From NCBI GenBank assembly GCA_951406725.2, contig OX597821.1:95976001-96040000 (forward strand): DNA of 64,000 nucleotides, in the 5' to 3' direction. Source of the DNA: Octopus vulgaris. Lineage: Eukaryota. Made by a program: the position numbers and the translations under genes. Positions 41,019 through 56,990 of this stretch are shown one piece after another. The notes beneath the pieces are model-generated. The model was given only the letters and a program-made list of their open reading frames with translations. It made no database searches and was not told the origin of the DNA. The first letter of the stretch is position 1, and each line of letters starts with the position of its first letter.

Positions 41019-41563
41019 AAGGCGGCGAGCTGGTAGAAACGTTAGCACGCCGGGCGAAATGCGTAGGCGTTACGTTCTGAGTTCAAATTCCGCCGAGGTC
41101 GACTTTGCCTTTCATCGTTTCGGGGTCGTACCAGTTACGTACTTAATCGACTTAATCCGTTTGTCTGTCCTTGTTTGTCCTCTCTGTGTTTAGCCCCTTG
41201 TGGGTAGTAAGGAAATAGGTATTTCGCCTGCCGTTACGTTGTGAGTTCAAATTCCGACGCGGTCGACTTTGCCTTTCATCCTTTCGGGGTCGATGAATTA
41301 GGTACCAGTTACGCACTGGGGTCGATATAATCGACTTAATCCGTTTGTTTGTCCTTGTTTGTCCTCTCTGCTTTTAGCCCCTTGTGGGTAGTAAAGAAAT
41401 GGGTATTTCGTTTGTCTTTACGTTCTGAGTTCAAATTCCGCCGAGATCGTCTTTATCTTTCGGGGTCGATAAATTATGTGCCAGTTGCGTACTGTGGTCG
41501 GTCTAATCGACTGGCCCCCTTCCCCAAAATTTCGGGCCTTGTGCCTAGAGCCGAAAAGATTAT
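41019..41563 (+). mobile_element. Tandem trimer of the Nin-like SINE
   Basis: Units joined at GAAATA|GGTATTTCG (41217/41218) and GAAATG|GGTATTTCG (41401/41402); the first two units have the long tail and the last has the short tail. Confidence 0.9.
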
Positions 41564-42059
41564 TTAGCACAGTTTTTACGTTAAAATCAATAGTGAGGAC
41601 GCGTTCGCAAAATGCCGGAGCCGCCGAAAGTCTATGGCAGAAACTGAGGGCAGCTACTTTGAGTATACTTTTTATCTCCTAGTCATAATCTAGTTGATAC
41701 TTTTTGATTTTTTAACGATACCATTATTTTTGGATGGGATATTGTATTTTCTTTTCCTTCTATGCAAGCTGTCATACTTAGCTCGAACACACTGAACATA
41801 CATAGACACATGCATGCATACATACGCGCGCGTGCGCGCACACACACATACACACGCACACTCATACACATATATGCACTCCTATACATATATGATATAT
41901 AATATTTATGTAATATACATATATACATACATACATACACACACATATACATATATGTATATATATGTAGATAGATAAGTAGGTAGGTAGGTACTGAAAG
42001 GGAAGGAAAGGAGCCAGAGAGAAAAATAGAGGAGAATTGATGAGGCTAACGTCTGGTCC

Positions 42060-42730
42060 ATGTGTAATTTTCTAAACGTACTGCTTCATGAGATAGCTGT
42101 ATATTTAGCTCCTCCCCATGAAGCGAAGCAATCTAAGAAAATAGGTATTGGAAGAATTCTGTTCTTGGGGTTTGTTACTCAGCTCGTAGCTGGTAAAATT
42201 TTGTTGGGTAGCCATTATCATTCAACTCACTTTGCAACTTAAAATTATTAGTGACATGATGCCGTCTCTCGCTACATCTGTCATTATTATGAGTGAACAA
42301 TTTTAGTCTCTTGTTTGTCTTGCCAAAGATAAAATGATTTGTAGAAAAGCGACATATTTCTATAGCAGGACTTCTTTTTGAAATTTGTGTTAAGTTTATA
42401 GTGATTTTGCATGGCATTAACACCGAATGTCTGACAAGCATCATTGGATCTTTTTCCAAGTGGATTACCGCTTCCAAAGCATAGGAGCGGTTGGTATGAA
42501 TACCAAGAACTGGAAGAAAACCACCTACAGCGATGTTATTGTTCACTAAAATTCAGCTCTCTCTACCAAAAAAAAAAAAAAAAAAAAGGCGAACGAGAAC
42601 CTAGGAATCTAATATCAGGACTAATTACTCCACCCATCCCTTCAACGAGGAATAAAAACAAAATATGTTATAACATTCTTTGCTCTCTATGCACTCTCCC
42701 TTCTATAAATGGCATTTTTGAGCTAAACAC
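42060..42730 (-). pseudogene. Decayed Penelope-like RT/thumb fragment
   Basis: GFLPVLGI (a distant LPFLDI), LNDNGYPTKF (L..NGYP..F); degenerate hammerhead-like motif nearby at 43028-43068. Confidence 0.55.
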
Positions 42731-42909
42731 TATTAACCAATTTCTGTATATACATACATAGATAAATACACACACACATGTATGTGTGTCAGTATTTTCC
42801 AATGTTCACACATACATATATGTATGTGATTATGTGTGTGAGTATGAGCTTGCGTATATGCATGTATTTCACGTATATTTGTATGTATGCATGTATGTAT
42901 GTGTGTGTG

Positions 42910-42941
<32 letters not shown>

Positions 42942-43382
42942 TGTATGTATGTGTGTATGTTTTATGTATACATGTGTGTGAGTATAATGCAATAATTCCC
43001 CTGCAAATTTACCTCTAAAACTAAGATCTATACTGATGAAGATAAAACATTGAAACGTACGTAGGCAGGTTAAATTAAATTAAATGTAAGTAAAATAGAT
43101 TAAAGTTGCTTTTGTTTCCTTTCCAAATTTTACTATAAGTTGAGCAAAAAATGGTCTCATTCTTTAGAGAAGTAACCTGGAAATACATAGCTACACCAAT
43201 CCCACTACACACACACACACACACACACACATGCGCGCGCACACATACACACACACGCACACACACACATAAATATAGATAAACAGCGAAAGATACATTG
43301 ATGCATACACATACAAACATATACATACACATATATGTATATATAAATGTGTGTGTATACACACATACATATATATGTGAGT

Positions 43383-43427
<45 letters not shown>

Positions 43428-44029
43428 GAAACCTAGAGGTAGAAGGGAGAGGGAGAGGGAATCAAAGAGAAAGAAACACAAAAAATTGACAGACAAAAGA
43501 AGAGAAAAACAATGGCCAGTATGGGGGGATTGGATGGGCGAGTCTGCGTTATCGAGACATTCTTGTTTGATCCTATTAGATTATCAGAGATAATCAACAG
43601 CTAGAGAAATGTCACGTTTCACCCATTCATTGTTTGTTTTAGATTTCTTTAAAACAGTAACTGTTGACATAAAATATAGACTGAATGAAAGCTGTTTCTG
43701 CTATGTGTAACACACAAACATAGCTTAAACACATACATGTACTACATATTGCCATACCAAAAGCACACAGATACACACAACCACTTTTCTCCCTGTATGT
43801 ATGTATACATACACACGCACACACACACACAGACATACACAAGCACACAGACATTCACACACGTATATTTACATCCATTCATCGACATACCTATTTACAT
43901 ATATGCTTATACGCACACAAACATATATGCGTATATAGAAGATTACATACACATAAATACATATAAACACAAGATTGCACATACATATAAATACATAGGC
44001 ACACCATATCTTCGGAGCTCCTGTCTCAC

Positions 44030-45612
44030 GGTAGTTAAACTGGGAAGACCAGGCTGTATATGTTTATCTAACGTCTCTGGGAGTTAGAAGCTATTCTTGT
44101 GGACCTTGAAGACGCAGCCATCATTAGTCTTCAAGAGGAGAGATAGGGTAATCGGTGGGAACTATCACGGTAACTTCCTTCCTTGTGTCTCTGGGAAGTT
44201 CTTCGCAGAGATCTCGCTAAATAGATTAGTGGTCGTCGTTGAGGAAGCTTTTTCAGAGTTGCAGTGCGGCTTCCGTCCCACCGATGGTACCATCGACATC
44301 GTCTTTTACGTCCACCTTTTCCAAGAAAAGGCCTGGAAGCAGAGAGAGAAATTACTTTTTGTGTTCTGGGATTTAAAGAAAGCTTTCGATAGCCTACGAG
44401 AGCTGCAATGTGGGCCGCCCTGAAGCGTTTTGGTTGCCCCGATCGCTTTAGGAACATCATCCGACGGATGTCTAGCCGGGTTATCGGGTTCCTTCCCTCT
44501 TACGTCTGGCCTGGAACAAAGATGCATCATCACTTGCCCTCTATTTTCCCTCTACCTGATCTGGCTTCTGATATAGACTCCGTTACAGAATGGACAGACG
44601 ACTTTTCAACACCGTTCGTTACAGAGCCCATTGACTTACCATCTTGGCCAAAGTACCTGAGCCTGAGTACGCTAATGACAATGCCACTCCTGCGAACTCG
44701 GGTTCCGGTTTTCAGGAGGTTATGAACCTATTCGAAAATTCGCATACATGCTTTGGTCTGACCACAAATGTAATGAAGACAAAGATCCTTGCACAGGTAG
44801 TCCCCGGCCAATCTCCTCCAGACACCGGTGACATAAGGCTGTGTGGTACTGTCTGGGAAACAGTGGAGGTTTCCCCATATCTCGGAAGCTACATATTCAG
44901 GGATTGCACTATTCAGAAAGACATCGAAATTATGATCAGCGCACTTCGTACTGTTTTCGGAAGACTCTCAAATTAAGTCTTCCTAAATCGCGACCTCACC
45001 ATCTAAACGAAAATCATGGTATTCCGAATAGTCGTCCTTTCCACACTCCTCTACAGTGAGATGTGAGTATTGTACCCACGAGACTTGAAGAAAATCGAAC
45101 GTTTCTAACAGCACAAACTTCGCGCAGTTATGAGGATTCGACGGGAGAACTACAATATAAAAGGATTCTGCTCCAGACCAAACTGCCCAGATTTGAAGCT
45201 ACCATAGCATGACACCACCTTCGCTGGTCGGGACCCAGCATGAATATACCTTAAACGCGTCTATCCTCTTTGCGGAGTTGACCTCAGGCATCAGACCACG
45301 CGGAGTCTCCAAATTCTGTTTCCAAGACTAGCTCCAGGAAGTTCCCCTTCGCTGCTCCATTTACCCACATACTTGGAAGACATTCACCAATGACTGTGCA
45401 AAGTGGCGGCATATCATAGTCGAGCGAACTGATCAGATGCAAAATAACAGACGTCAACAGGCAGAAATCCGATGTCAAAAACGCCAAGAGCGACTCACAC
45501 TTCCTTGTCCCCAGAACTTCTATACTGCTATTGGCTTAAACAGCCACTGGATGCACCGGCGACCTTCGCACCAATCACTCGCTAAAGAATTAATGCCGCT
45601 AACGACGATGAA
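44030..45612 (+). pseudogene. RTE/BovB-like LINE RT remnant
   Basis: GNYHG, GKFFAEISLNRL, ELQCGFRP..GTIDIVF, QEK, FWDLKKAFDS, LKRFGCP, EYANDNA (YADD), FGLT.N..KTK, PYLGS. Confidence 0.9.
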
Positions 45613-45662
45613 TATTTTCAACACAATATTACATAAAAATATTCACAATTTTTTATCCCTGC

Positions 45663-46928
<1,266 letters not shown>

Positions 46929-47192
46929 TATATATAAATATATATATATGTATATATGTATATAAATGCATATATATATGGCGTCAGTATGTGTGTGTGT
47001 GTGCCTGTGTGTGTATGTGTGTATGTACACACGCATATTGTTTGTGTATTTATGAGTATATTGTATACATTCATATGTGTATACATAAAGATGTATAAAT
47101 ACATTTTCATATACACAAACATACATGTAGGCTAAATGTGTGTGTACACCCACAGGCAAACACATAAATACACACGCACACGCATACACACA

Positions 47193-47226
<34 letters not shown>

Positions 47227-47467
47227 CATATATTTGATCCACAGCAGACGCCAGCCGTGTCTATTATCTCGCCTTGTCTTAATCTCTTTTATAAACATAC
47301 CTGTTGACTTTTCGCTATTACCGTGTTCTGCTATGTCTAAGAATCTAGGAAAGAAGGTGACGGAGTGATTTAGTAGCTTGAGCATGGAGTGTTAGGAAGG
47401 GGAGGGTATACTTTGTGTTTGCCAGTAGAATTTTCATATTGTTTTTGTTTGCTCGAGCTTGAAGAGG

Positions 47468-47524
<57 letters not shown>

Positions 47525-47621
47525 TGTGTGTGTGCCTGCGACGTGTGTCGTGCGTGTGTAGACAGAACGATAGTAATATATGTGTGCGCGAATATATGTG
47601 CATATGTGCACATTTATACAT

Positions 47622-47653
<32 letters not shown>

Positions 47654-47800
47654 GTGTGTGTGTTTGCATATGTGTATGCATATGTGTGGTTATATCGCTG
47701 TATATTGATATACATATGGATTTATATCTATATATTGCTATATATATTTTGCGATATACATACATACATACATACATACATGCATACATGTATATATATA

Positions 47801-47847
<47 letters not shown>

Positions 47848-48244
47848 GTACAGGACGTCACCAACGGTGCAAATAACATGAAATACGTAAACAAACAAGT
47901 GAAATATGTAGACAACAGGAAAGAATGAAAACAGGACAAGTTAACACAGAAAAAAGGACTCTTCATCAGTTGTCGCCTCATTTCGAGTATTCAATGACAA
48001 TATGTGTCTTCAAAGACAGCTGGTCCCATAAATTAAAAAATAAAACTTAGGATTTTTATTTTAGAATTTATGTGACCAGTTGTTTTTGAAAACTCATATT
48101 ATTGTTGAATGCTTGAAATGAGGAGTAGATAGACAGCCGACAACTGATGATGGGTCCTTTTTCTGTGTTAACTTGTCCTATTTTCCATTTTTTTTCGTTG
48201 TTTACGTATTTCATGTTATTTGCACCGTTGGTGACGTCCTGTAT
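47848..48244. repeat. About 400-bp foldback element between TA tracts
   Basis: TACAGGACGTCACCAACGGTGCAAATAACATGAAATACGTAAAC has a perfect inverted match ending at 48243; the arms continue to a centre near 48048. Confidence 0.92.
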
Positions 48245-48320
48245 CTATATGTGCATGTATATATATGGCCTGGGCCAATAATGGCCGAAACCTATCAAAG
48301 TATCAAAGTATATAATTTAT

Positions 48321-48493
<173 letters not shown>

Positions 48494-48515
48494 CACCGTC
48501 ATCATTATCATTATT

Positions 48516-50500
48516 ATTTTATGTTTGACTTTTGCTTTGCATTTGTACAAGTTGGCTCCAAGTCTCACCCAGAGACCCCAGGAGACAAAATAGTTAGAAT
48601 TTCATGTTGGTGTTATGCCTTGGGTGCCATATATTTGGTTTTGTACATAGTGTTGTTCTAGAGAATGTTTAAGAAACCATAAGAAAATTGTGTTTGTTTT
48701 TAAATTTGAGATTACATAGAAAGTATTTTACGTAGGATATGGGCAGTTCCCATGAGCACTATCTTTTGAATTTCTGCCATTTTGTGGTTTCCTCGTATCT
48801 GAGCTAGGTAGCAATCAACCCCTTTTGCTATCATTCCTGGGGTACTTATGACAACAGGTATTATTTTAGTCTTCAGGCTCCACATTTTGCTAATTTTTAT
48901 TTCAAGATCTTTATACTTACTCAGTTTTTGGTACATCTTGACAGATACGTTTATATAGATTGGGACAGTCATATCAATGAGGAGGCATGATTTTTGTCTG
49001 AAGTCTTTCAATATGATGTCTGGCCTATTTGCATCTATCTTTCTGTCAGTTTGAATGGTGAAGTTCCAGAGGAGTGAGATGTGATCATTTTCAAGCACTG
49101 GGGGTGGTTTGTGTTCCCTCCAGTTTTTATTATGGAGCAAGTTCAGGTTTTGCAAATTACCCAGTGAATATATTGTGCAGCTCTATCATGCCTGTTGAGA
49201 TACTTTGTAGGCACAAGAAAACTGCACATGGAGAAACATAATCAATGGTCTCATTTTGTTGTTGACATACACGACATATTGGGGAACTTCTGTTTAATAT
49301 GTTGGCCTTGTAGGTAGGCATTGATCTTGGAATGCTATGATAAACCCTTCTGTTTCTGATTTTAAACCAGAAGACATTAGCCATTCATGGGTAAGTGCTT
49401 TGTCAACATCGGCATTATTCACTCTCTTTGGGTATTTGCCATAGAGAGGTTTTTCTTGCCATTTATCAGTCATAATATCTAAGGCAGCAGTTTTAGCACG
49501 AGTTTTCATGCGCTTAGCTTTTTCTGTGCTTGTTTCTTGTATGTCTAATTCCGAAATTTGTTGTATTCGGAATTCACTTAGATATTCCTTTGCCTGTTTT
49601 GTTACTGAGTATGATGTTTTCTTGTTTACATGTTTTGAGACAAATTTTAACATCCAGTCCTCAGAGTTATTCAGGTAGGTATCTAGGCCAATTGTGGAAA
49701 TCTTTATTGTTAATACCAGTTGCAAAACTCCACGGCCTCCCTCTTTTCTTGGCAGATAAAGTCGTTCTGTATCTGCCTTAGGATGGTGCATTCTATGCAT
49801 TGTCAACAGTTTTTCTATTTTTCTGTCAAGATTACTTATTTCAGTAATCGACCTGTTAATCATATTGAAACTGCAAGTTACTATTAGTATGGATAAAGTA
49901 TTGATTGCTGCGATCCTGTTTCTTGCAATCAGCTCTGCCTTCAGTATTGCTATCACCCTGCGATAACATTCTCTTCTGATCCTTTCCCTCATCACTGCAT
50001 GTTTGATTCCGTCCCCTTCAATTACCCCTAGGTATTTGTAGCTCTCCGCTGGTTCTAACTCTTTTATGACATTCTACTGGTCAAGTTTAAGGTTAGATGA
50101 TCCTGTCAACTTTCCTTGGCACATTTATCGAGGCCAAATTGCATCCTGATGGCATCACTGAAAATCGCTAGTAAGCCCTTGAGTTGTTGGTCATTTTTTG
50201 CAAATAGCTTTAAATTATCCAGTTAATTGAGAGGATTTATATTTTTATCAAACATTTTATAACCGTACTCTGCATCATTGAGCAATTTTGAGAGAAGTAT
50301 TAAGGCTAGACAAAAGAGGAGTGGTGACAGTAGGTCACCCTGGAAAATGTCACATGAAATTCTTACATCTCCAGCATTTAGAGATTCATTGTCACTGTTC
50401 GAAGTCAGTGGGGTTCTCCATAATCTCCTACATATAGACAAGATGTTTCGCAGAGTAGGAGTTATTTTATATATTTCCAGACATTTCTTAATCCAGCTAT
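48516..50500 (-). mobile_element. R4/Dong-like retroposon, RT C-terminal half through RLE (same family as 18220-19133)
   Basis: IFQGDLLSPLLFCLAL, DNLKLF, YKYLG, RLYLPRKEGGRG, GLKSETEGFII, NRPDII; same 3' UTR; (AAT)n tail. Confidence 0.93.
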
Positions 50501-51479
50501 AATGTAAAAATGTTAAATCATATACAAGTATATGTTAAACAGGTTGGAAACCTTGTGTCACATTGTGATGCAAGAAGCAAGCACGCACGTACAACACACG
50601 CTCTTACACACAATCCACCCCCTCATATATATATAAATTTTGTATATATTTATATATATATATATATTTGTATGTATATATATATATGTATATATATATA
50701 TGTCCGTGTGTCTCTGTGAGTGTGCATGTGTGTGCATGTGTGTGTATGATAGCATGTCTATATGTAACATTTTATAAGTATTATATGCGTACATAGATGC
50801 ATTGCAACATAAATATGTTTCTGTTGGACGGAATGAAGGATAATTGCAGATGTTTAATTAATTAAAGAAGAATAATTGCAACGTTAATAATTAATTAAAA
50901 TATTGTATGCATCAGCGAAAGTGTGTGTGTGTGTGTGTAAGTGTGTGAGCGCTCGCGCCTGCGCGTGTGTCTACGCGTGTGTATGATTGTTTGTATGTGT
51001 GTCCATGCTTGCTTGCTTATGACGTTTTAAATGTTTTTCATTTAAGTATGAGTTATCTATCATAGATAATCGACAATTGAATACTTAAAAATGTTGTTAT
51101 TAATATATATCCATTAAAATAATTAAAATTATAGATTTGACACCGTTAAAGTAATGATGCAAACACATTTGTCAGCTGACGTAGATAACCTCACAACATC
51201 AATAGATACGCGCATGCGAGCGCGCACATACGCACGCACGCACGCACACACATTTGCATACATACTCATATACGTATATATGTGTGTGCATATATGTATG
51301 TAAGTGTGTATATATATATGTGTATATATATATATATATATTGCCACATCGTTTGCAAAGACCAAATATATGTATGTATATATATATACATATGATTTTT
51401 TTTCAGTTAGGATAAAAACAATTTTACATTAATCTGATGGGTTACTCTATAGTCTTGTAGACTACGAATTTCTTATTCT

Positions 51480-51580
51480 TAAACAAGAATGTTGCTGACA
51501 GTGATCGAAGTTTCGGCCAGCTAGGCCATCGTCGGAGATGGCCGATACGTCGAATTCACTGTCAACATCATTCTTGTTTA
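51480..51580. repeat. 100-bp foldback containing a degenerate hammerhead-like motif
   Basis: TAAACAAGAATG..TGACAGTGA / TCACTGTCA..CATTCTTGTTTA arms; minus strand CCGACGA-T-GGCC[TAGCT]GGCC-GAAAC. Confidence 0.75.
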
Positions 51581-51593
51581 AAAATAATATCTA

Positions 51594-51735
<142 letters not shown>

Positions 51736-51741
51736 TCTCTA

Positions 51742-51833
<92 letters not shown>

Positions 51834-52194
51834 CCTAACTCTCTGTGTAAATACGACTTCTATATTTTCATTTGAATAATTTGTTTCACCCACATCTGGT
51901 GATAAGAATAGTAAAAGTGTTACCTCGAAGAACCGCCGGCGACATCTGTTGTATCAGCCACTCTAATCTCACGTGATTCTTTCGTCATGCAAGGCGCTTG
52001 GGCTCCAATTCAAACGTAAGAAAATGGCCGTCTGTGCACAGAAGACACCAGCAGTTTCGACAGCAACTAACGCAAAAATGAATAACATTTTTCAATGTAT
52101 GGATTCATTTCACCTTTTTTCAAGCTTGTAACTAACAATGTTCTTTTCTTTATGTGAAAATAACTCTTGAGCTCTGTGGTTATTTAGTTATCTG

Positions 52195-52295
<101 letters not shown>

Positions 52296-52449
52296 GTATG
52301 GGTGTGTATGGATTTATGTACGCACGTGTGGCTAAACTTACACTCATGTAGTGTGAATGTCACTTTAGTACATTAGAGTGTGTGCTGCATTGCTCTTTAG
52401 AATCCTTGGAATTCTTCTTTAAACATTTCACAGTAGTTCTAATAATAAC

Positions 52450-52856
52450 TAGCACTCTGCCAATTGCAACAATGAATGTTCCAGTTGATCTGATCAACAG
52501 AACAGCCTTCTCATGAAGTTAACGCGCAAGTAGCTGACCACTTCGCAGGCACGCGTACCCTTAGCATAGTTCTCAGGTACAACTCATTTTTGCCCGCTGC
52601 GTGGCACCTTAGGCAACTTGTGAATAGATTTTGTAGACCGAAACTGAAAGAAGCCCGTCGTATATATATATGTGTACGCGTGCGTGTTTGTATCCCACCA
52701 CTGCTTGACAACCGGTGTTGGTGTATTTATGTCCCCCGTAACTTAGAGGCTCGGCAAAGAGATCGATAGAATAAGTACCAGGGTCGATTCATCCGACTTA
52801 AAATTCTAGAAGGCGGTGCTCCAGCATGGCCTCAGTCTAATGTCTGAAACAAACAA
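52450..52856. mobile_element. SINE fragments: probable inverted tail followed by a CORE-like SINE body
   Basis: 52597-52856 is homologous to 26406-26730; the identity of 52450-52580 as a SINE tail is from memory only. Confidence 0.6.
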
Positions 52857-53418
52857 ATAAATTTCAATATATTTTCTAATACTATGTTTTGACATGATGA
52901 AAATAGGTTTAATGATCTGATATGCGAAAAAATATTTTCCCATCTCAGAAAAAATTATCAAGTAAATTTGAATAAGAAAAAGATTTAAAGATATTGTATT
53001 ATCAGAAATAAAACAACTTAAAACAAAATATTTTACTTTCATTTATTTATTTTTCATATGTTATAATATAGATAATAATTTAGATATTAATAATAAAAAT
53101 AATAATAATCTTAACAATAATCATAAGAATAATAAAAAATTATTATAATAATGCAATAATAATGAATTCTAACTGGCACAACGCCTCAAATTTGGGGAGG
53201 GCCATAGCCGATAAAATTGTTTTCACTGTGTGGTATATAATTTATCGTTCTCGGTAGTATGAAAAGCAAAGTCGAACTTAAGGGAGGTATTTGAACGCAG
53301 AGCATATAGTAGAGAGGCGTAAATATACACCACATGCATATTTTATATAACGCTCTACCGATTCTGCCATCCACAACCGAATGAGAATATTGTTGTTATT
53401 ATTATTATTAATAATAAT

Positions 53419-53458
<40 letters not shown>

Positions 53459-53734
53459 TTAATAATAATAATAATAACAATAATAATAATAAATTATAAT
53501 AACGGGTTGGAACCAGAAAACAGATTACGAGTAACCGGTAGTAGGTTAAAAATATTGTATTATTAACATAATATGAATGGAGAATATCGCACATAAAAGC
53601 GTTATATAATAAACAGTAGTATATACACACACATACACACGCACGTACACAAGTGTATGCATAAGTACACAAACGAAAATATCATTCAACATTAAGGATA
53701 GTATTGAATGTGTGTGTGCGTGCATATATATACA

Positions 53735-53788
<54 letters not shown>

Positions 53789-53897
53789 TATTCATATGTA
53801 TACACTTATACATACTGGTGTTTATGCATATATAATATCTCAATGTGATATTATGCATATTATATGTTCATGTATATATCTATAAATATTATATTTG

Positions 53898-53930
<33 letters not shown>

Positions 53931-54663
53931 GCATATACATATATATGTGTGTGTGTGCGTATACACATACACACACACATAAATATGTATATATACATAT
54001 ACACACACACATAAATGCGCGCTCATTTTCACGCACAAAACACACACACAAAGACGTGCATTAAGACACACACACACACACACCTAAATGCACAACTTGA
54101 CAGTTTTTCATAGTGTTATCTTTTGTGGGCTATTTTCCCATCTCTCTCTCTCACCCTCTCTCTCTTTCTCTCTCTTCCTACCTATCTCTCTCTCTCTGTC
54201 TGTCTGTTTGTCTGTCTCTCTCTCTATATATATGTATATATATTTACACACTATTTAGTAATAAGAATATGTAATATTCCTGTGAGTTCTTTGCTAAAAC
54301 CACAAATATTTTCATCTACAAAATATTTGAGCATCACTAATTTTCCATGCGTGTTTTATAATTAATTTTATTATCTATATCAATATCAGTATTATTAAAC
54401 GCCATATTGCGTTATTAATTCTAGAAGTCAGCCTTTTATACGAATGAATTTGCCCGTAATGAATAATGAGTTGCCTAAGTATCAAAGGTGGTTTTGAATT
54501 ATAATGGGGAAATTTTTTGTAAACTCCTACCAACGATGGTTGTGTGCGATATTACCTTGTCAACACTTTCAGGCCAGCTATATGAAACAGAACGCAGCGA
54601 TTTTTTGTGTCTTTCAAAAATCAACATTTTCCCAGGCAAACTGGATAAAGAATATATATATGC

Positions 54664-54765
<102 letters not shown>

Positions 54766-54766
54766 G

Positions 54767-54820
<54 letters not shown>

Positions 54821-54957
54821 AAGTGTTGTGGTTTTGTTTCACAGGTAATCTAAATGACTAGGCGCGCTAGGTAAGTGCTGTAATGGATTACCGGGACTCC
54901 ATGGTTAATAGCCGAGACGGTAGTTATGGAATTGTAGATTTCCGATATAGCGGACAA

Positions 54958-55581
54958 GACAACAAACGTTAAGGTAAGACAAACATCTCAAGTCACAAAC
55001 GTTATTATTATTGGAAAAATTCAAAGTCTTACAGCTGTTTTTGGGATATCCCTTGGTATGGATATTCCATCATCAGAGACAAATAGGGAAAATGAGAAGA
55101 GTATAGATTAATGAAATGGTGACGCAGAGGACGGGAGTAAAGGAATAAGGATATGAAGAAAGAGAAAAAAAAGAAGCATAAAAGTTCGCAGTTCAATTTT
55201 CCGATCGTGTAGAAGTCCGTAAGTCGTTAGGTGCAATCCTGTGTAAATCCATGTAGGTTAAAGTCCTAAAGTCGTAACCTACATAGATTTACACAGGATT
55301 GCACCTAAGGACTTACGGACTTACTTCTACATGATCAGGAAGTTGAAATGTGAACTTTATGCTTCTTTTTCTTCTCTTTCTTCATCTTATTCCTTTTTTT
55401 CCTATCCTCTGTGTTGTCATTTCATTAATCTATACCGTTCTCATTTTCCCTATTTGTCTCCGATGACAGAATATCCCATTCTCTGGGATATCCCAGAAAC
55501 AGCTGTAAGACTTTGAATTTTTTTCCAATAATAATGATGTATATGACTTGAGATGTTTGTCTTGCCTTAACGTTTGTTGTC
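54958..55581. mobile_element. 624-bp foldback with an outward-facing hammerhead motif in each arm
   Basis: Arms 54958-55260 and 55275-55581, 14-nt spacer; hammerhead motifs at 55026-55080 (-) and 55456-55511 (+). Confidence 0.9.
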
Positions 55582-55616
55582 CTCTTTAACAATTACACAC
55601 ACACTATCTCTCTCTT

Positions 55617-55718
<102 letters not shown>

Positions 55719-56152
55719 CAGTTGTTAATCCTTATGTGCTAAATTTAAGTTTTCATATATAATATTCAGCAACATGAATTTATGTCTCTTCGTGTTCACT
55801 GCTAAATATTTGTCCCCTATCGCTAATATATATATATACATACATACATACATATATATATGTATATATATATATACATAACACATACATATATATATAT
55901 ATGTATATAGATATATACACATACATATACATGTACATTCATTTGAAGCGTACAGTTGCTTTTGCATGTGTAGAAGTAGTGGTGATAAATTTATGCATAT
56001 ATGCATATGAGTATGTATATATACTTACGTATATAAGTGTATATATATATATATATATATATACATAATACACACACACATACATGTATATATATATACA
56101 AATATACATATACGCATAAATATATATACATATATATATATGTATGTATATG

Positions 56153-56186
<34 letters not shown>

Positions 56187-56757
56187 CTTTTTATTATATT
56201 TATACTTATATGTGTATTTATATAAATAATTATGAATAATATTAATTATAGATTTATTAAAATTTTTGAGTGAAGTATAAAAATTTTTACTTTGTTAAAA
56301 TAGTTTAAATTTTGTTTTAAAATTATAGTTAGATGCGAAAGCAATAATTTAAAATATGGAATATACTGAGGAAAACTGGTGTACGTAAAATATCCGTTTA
56401 ACTTTTTGAATAGGCTGAAAATAGCTCTTTATTGTAAAGGAGATTTGTGTAGTTATGTCGTTCATACGATTGGGAAGTTGTGTCGTTCATACGATTCCCT
56501 TAATGTATTTAGCACTGTAACTGAAATTTCAATGGCTTTGAACTGAAATAAAAACCCGTTTTACAGACTCAGCTCGTTGGCAGTTGTTCTCTTAGTCTCA
56601 TACTCTACAGAGCTGTTCATAATTTAAAAATAATATTGGTTTGTTTTATCTAGGCACAGAGGAAAGTGGGGAAGGGAGGTAGGTAGGTATATAATTCAAA
56701 GTTAAAGCATTCATGCATATCCAAACACCACCATCAGAGTTGCTTTTGTTATTATTA

Positions 56758-56822
<65 letters not shown>

Positions 56823-56832
56823 TATTTATTAC

Positions 56833-56896
<64 letters not shown>

Positions 56897-56913
56897 GTTA
56901 TCATTATTATTAC

Positions 56914-56990
<77 letters not shown>

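Noticed and set aside
35748-41563. Repeated units suggestive of a CRISPR-like array
   Set aside because: Eukaryotic SINE multimers with no unique spacers and no cas genes
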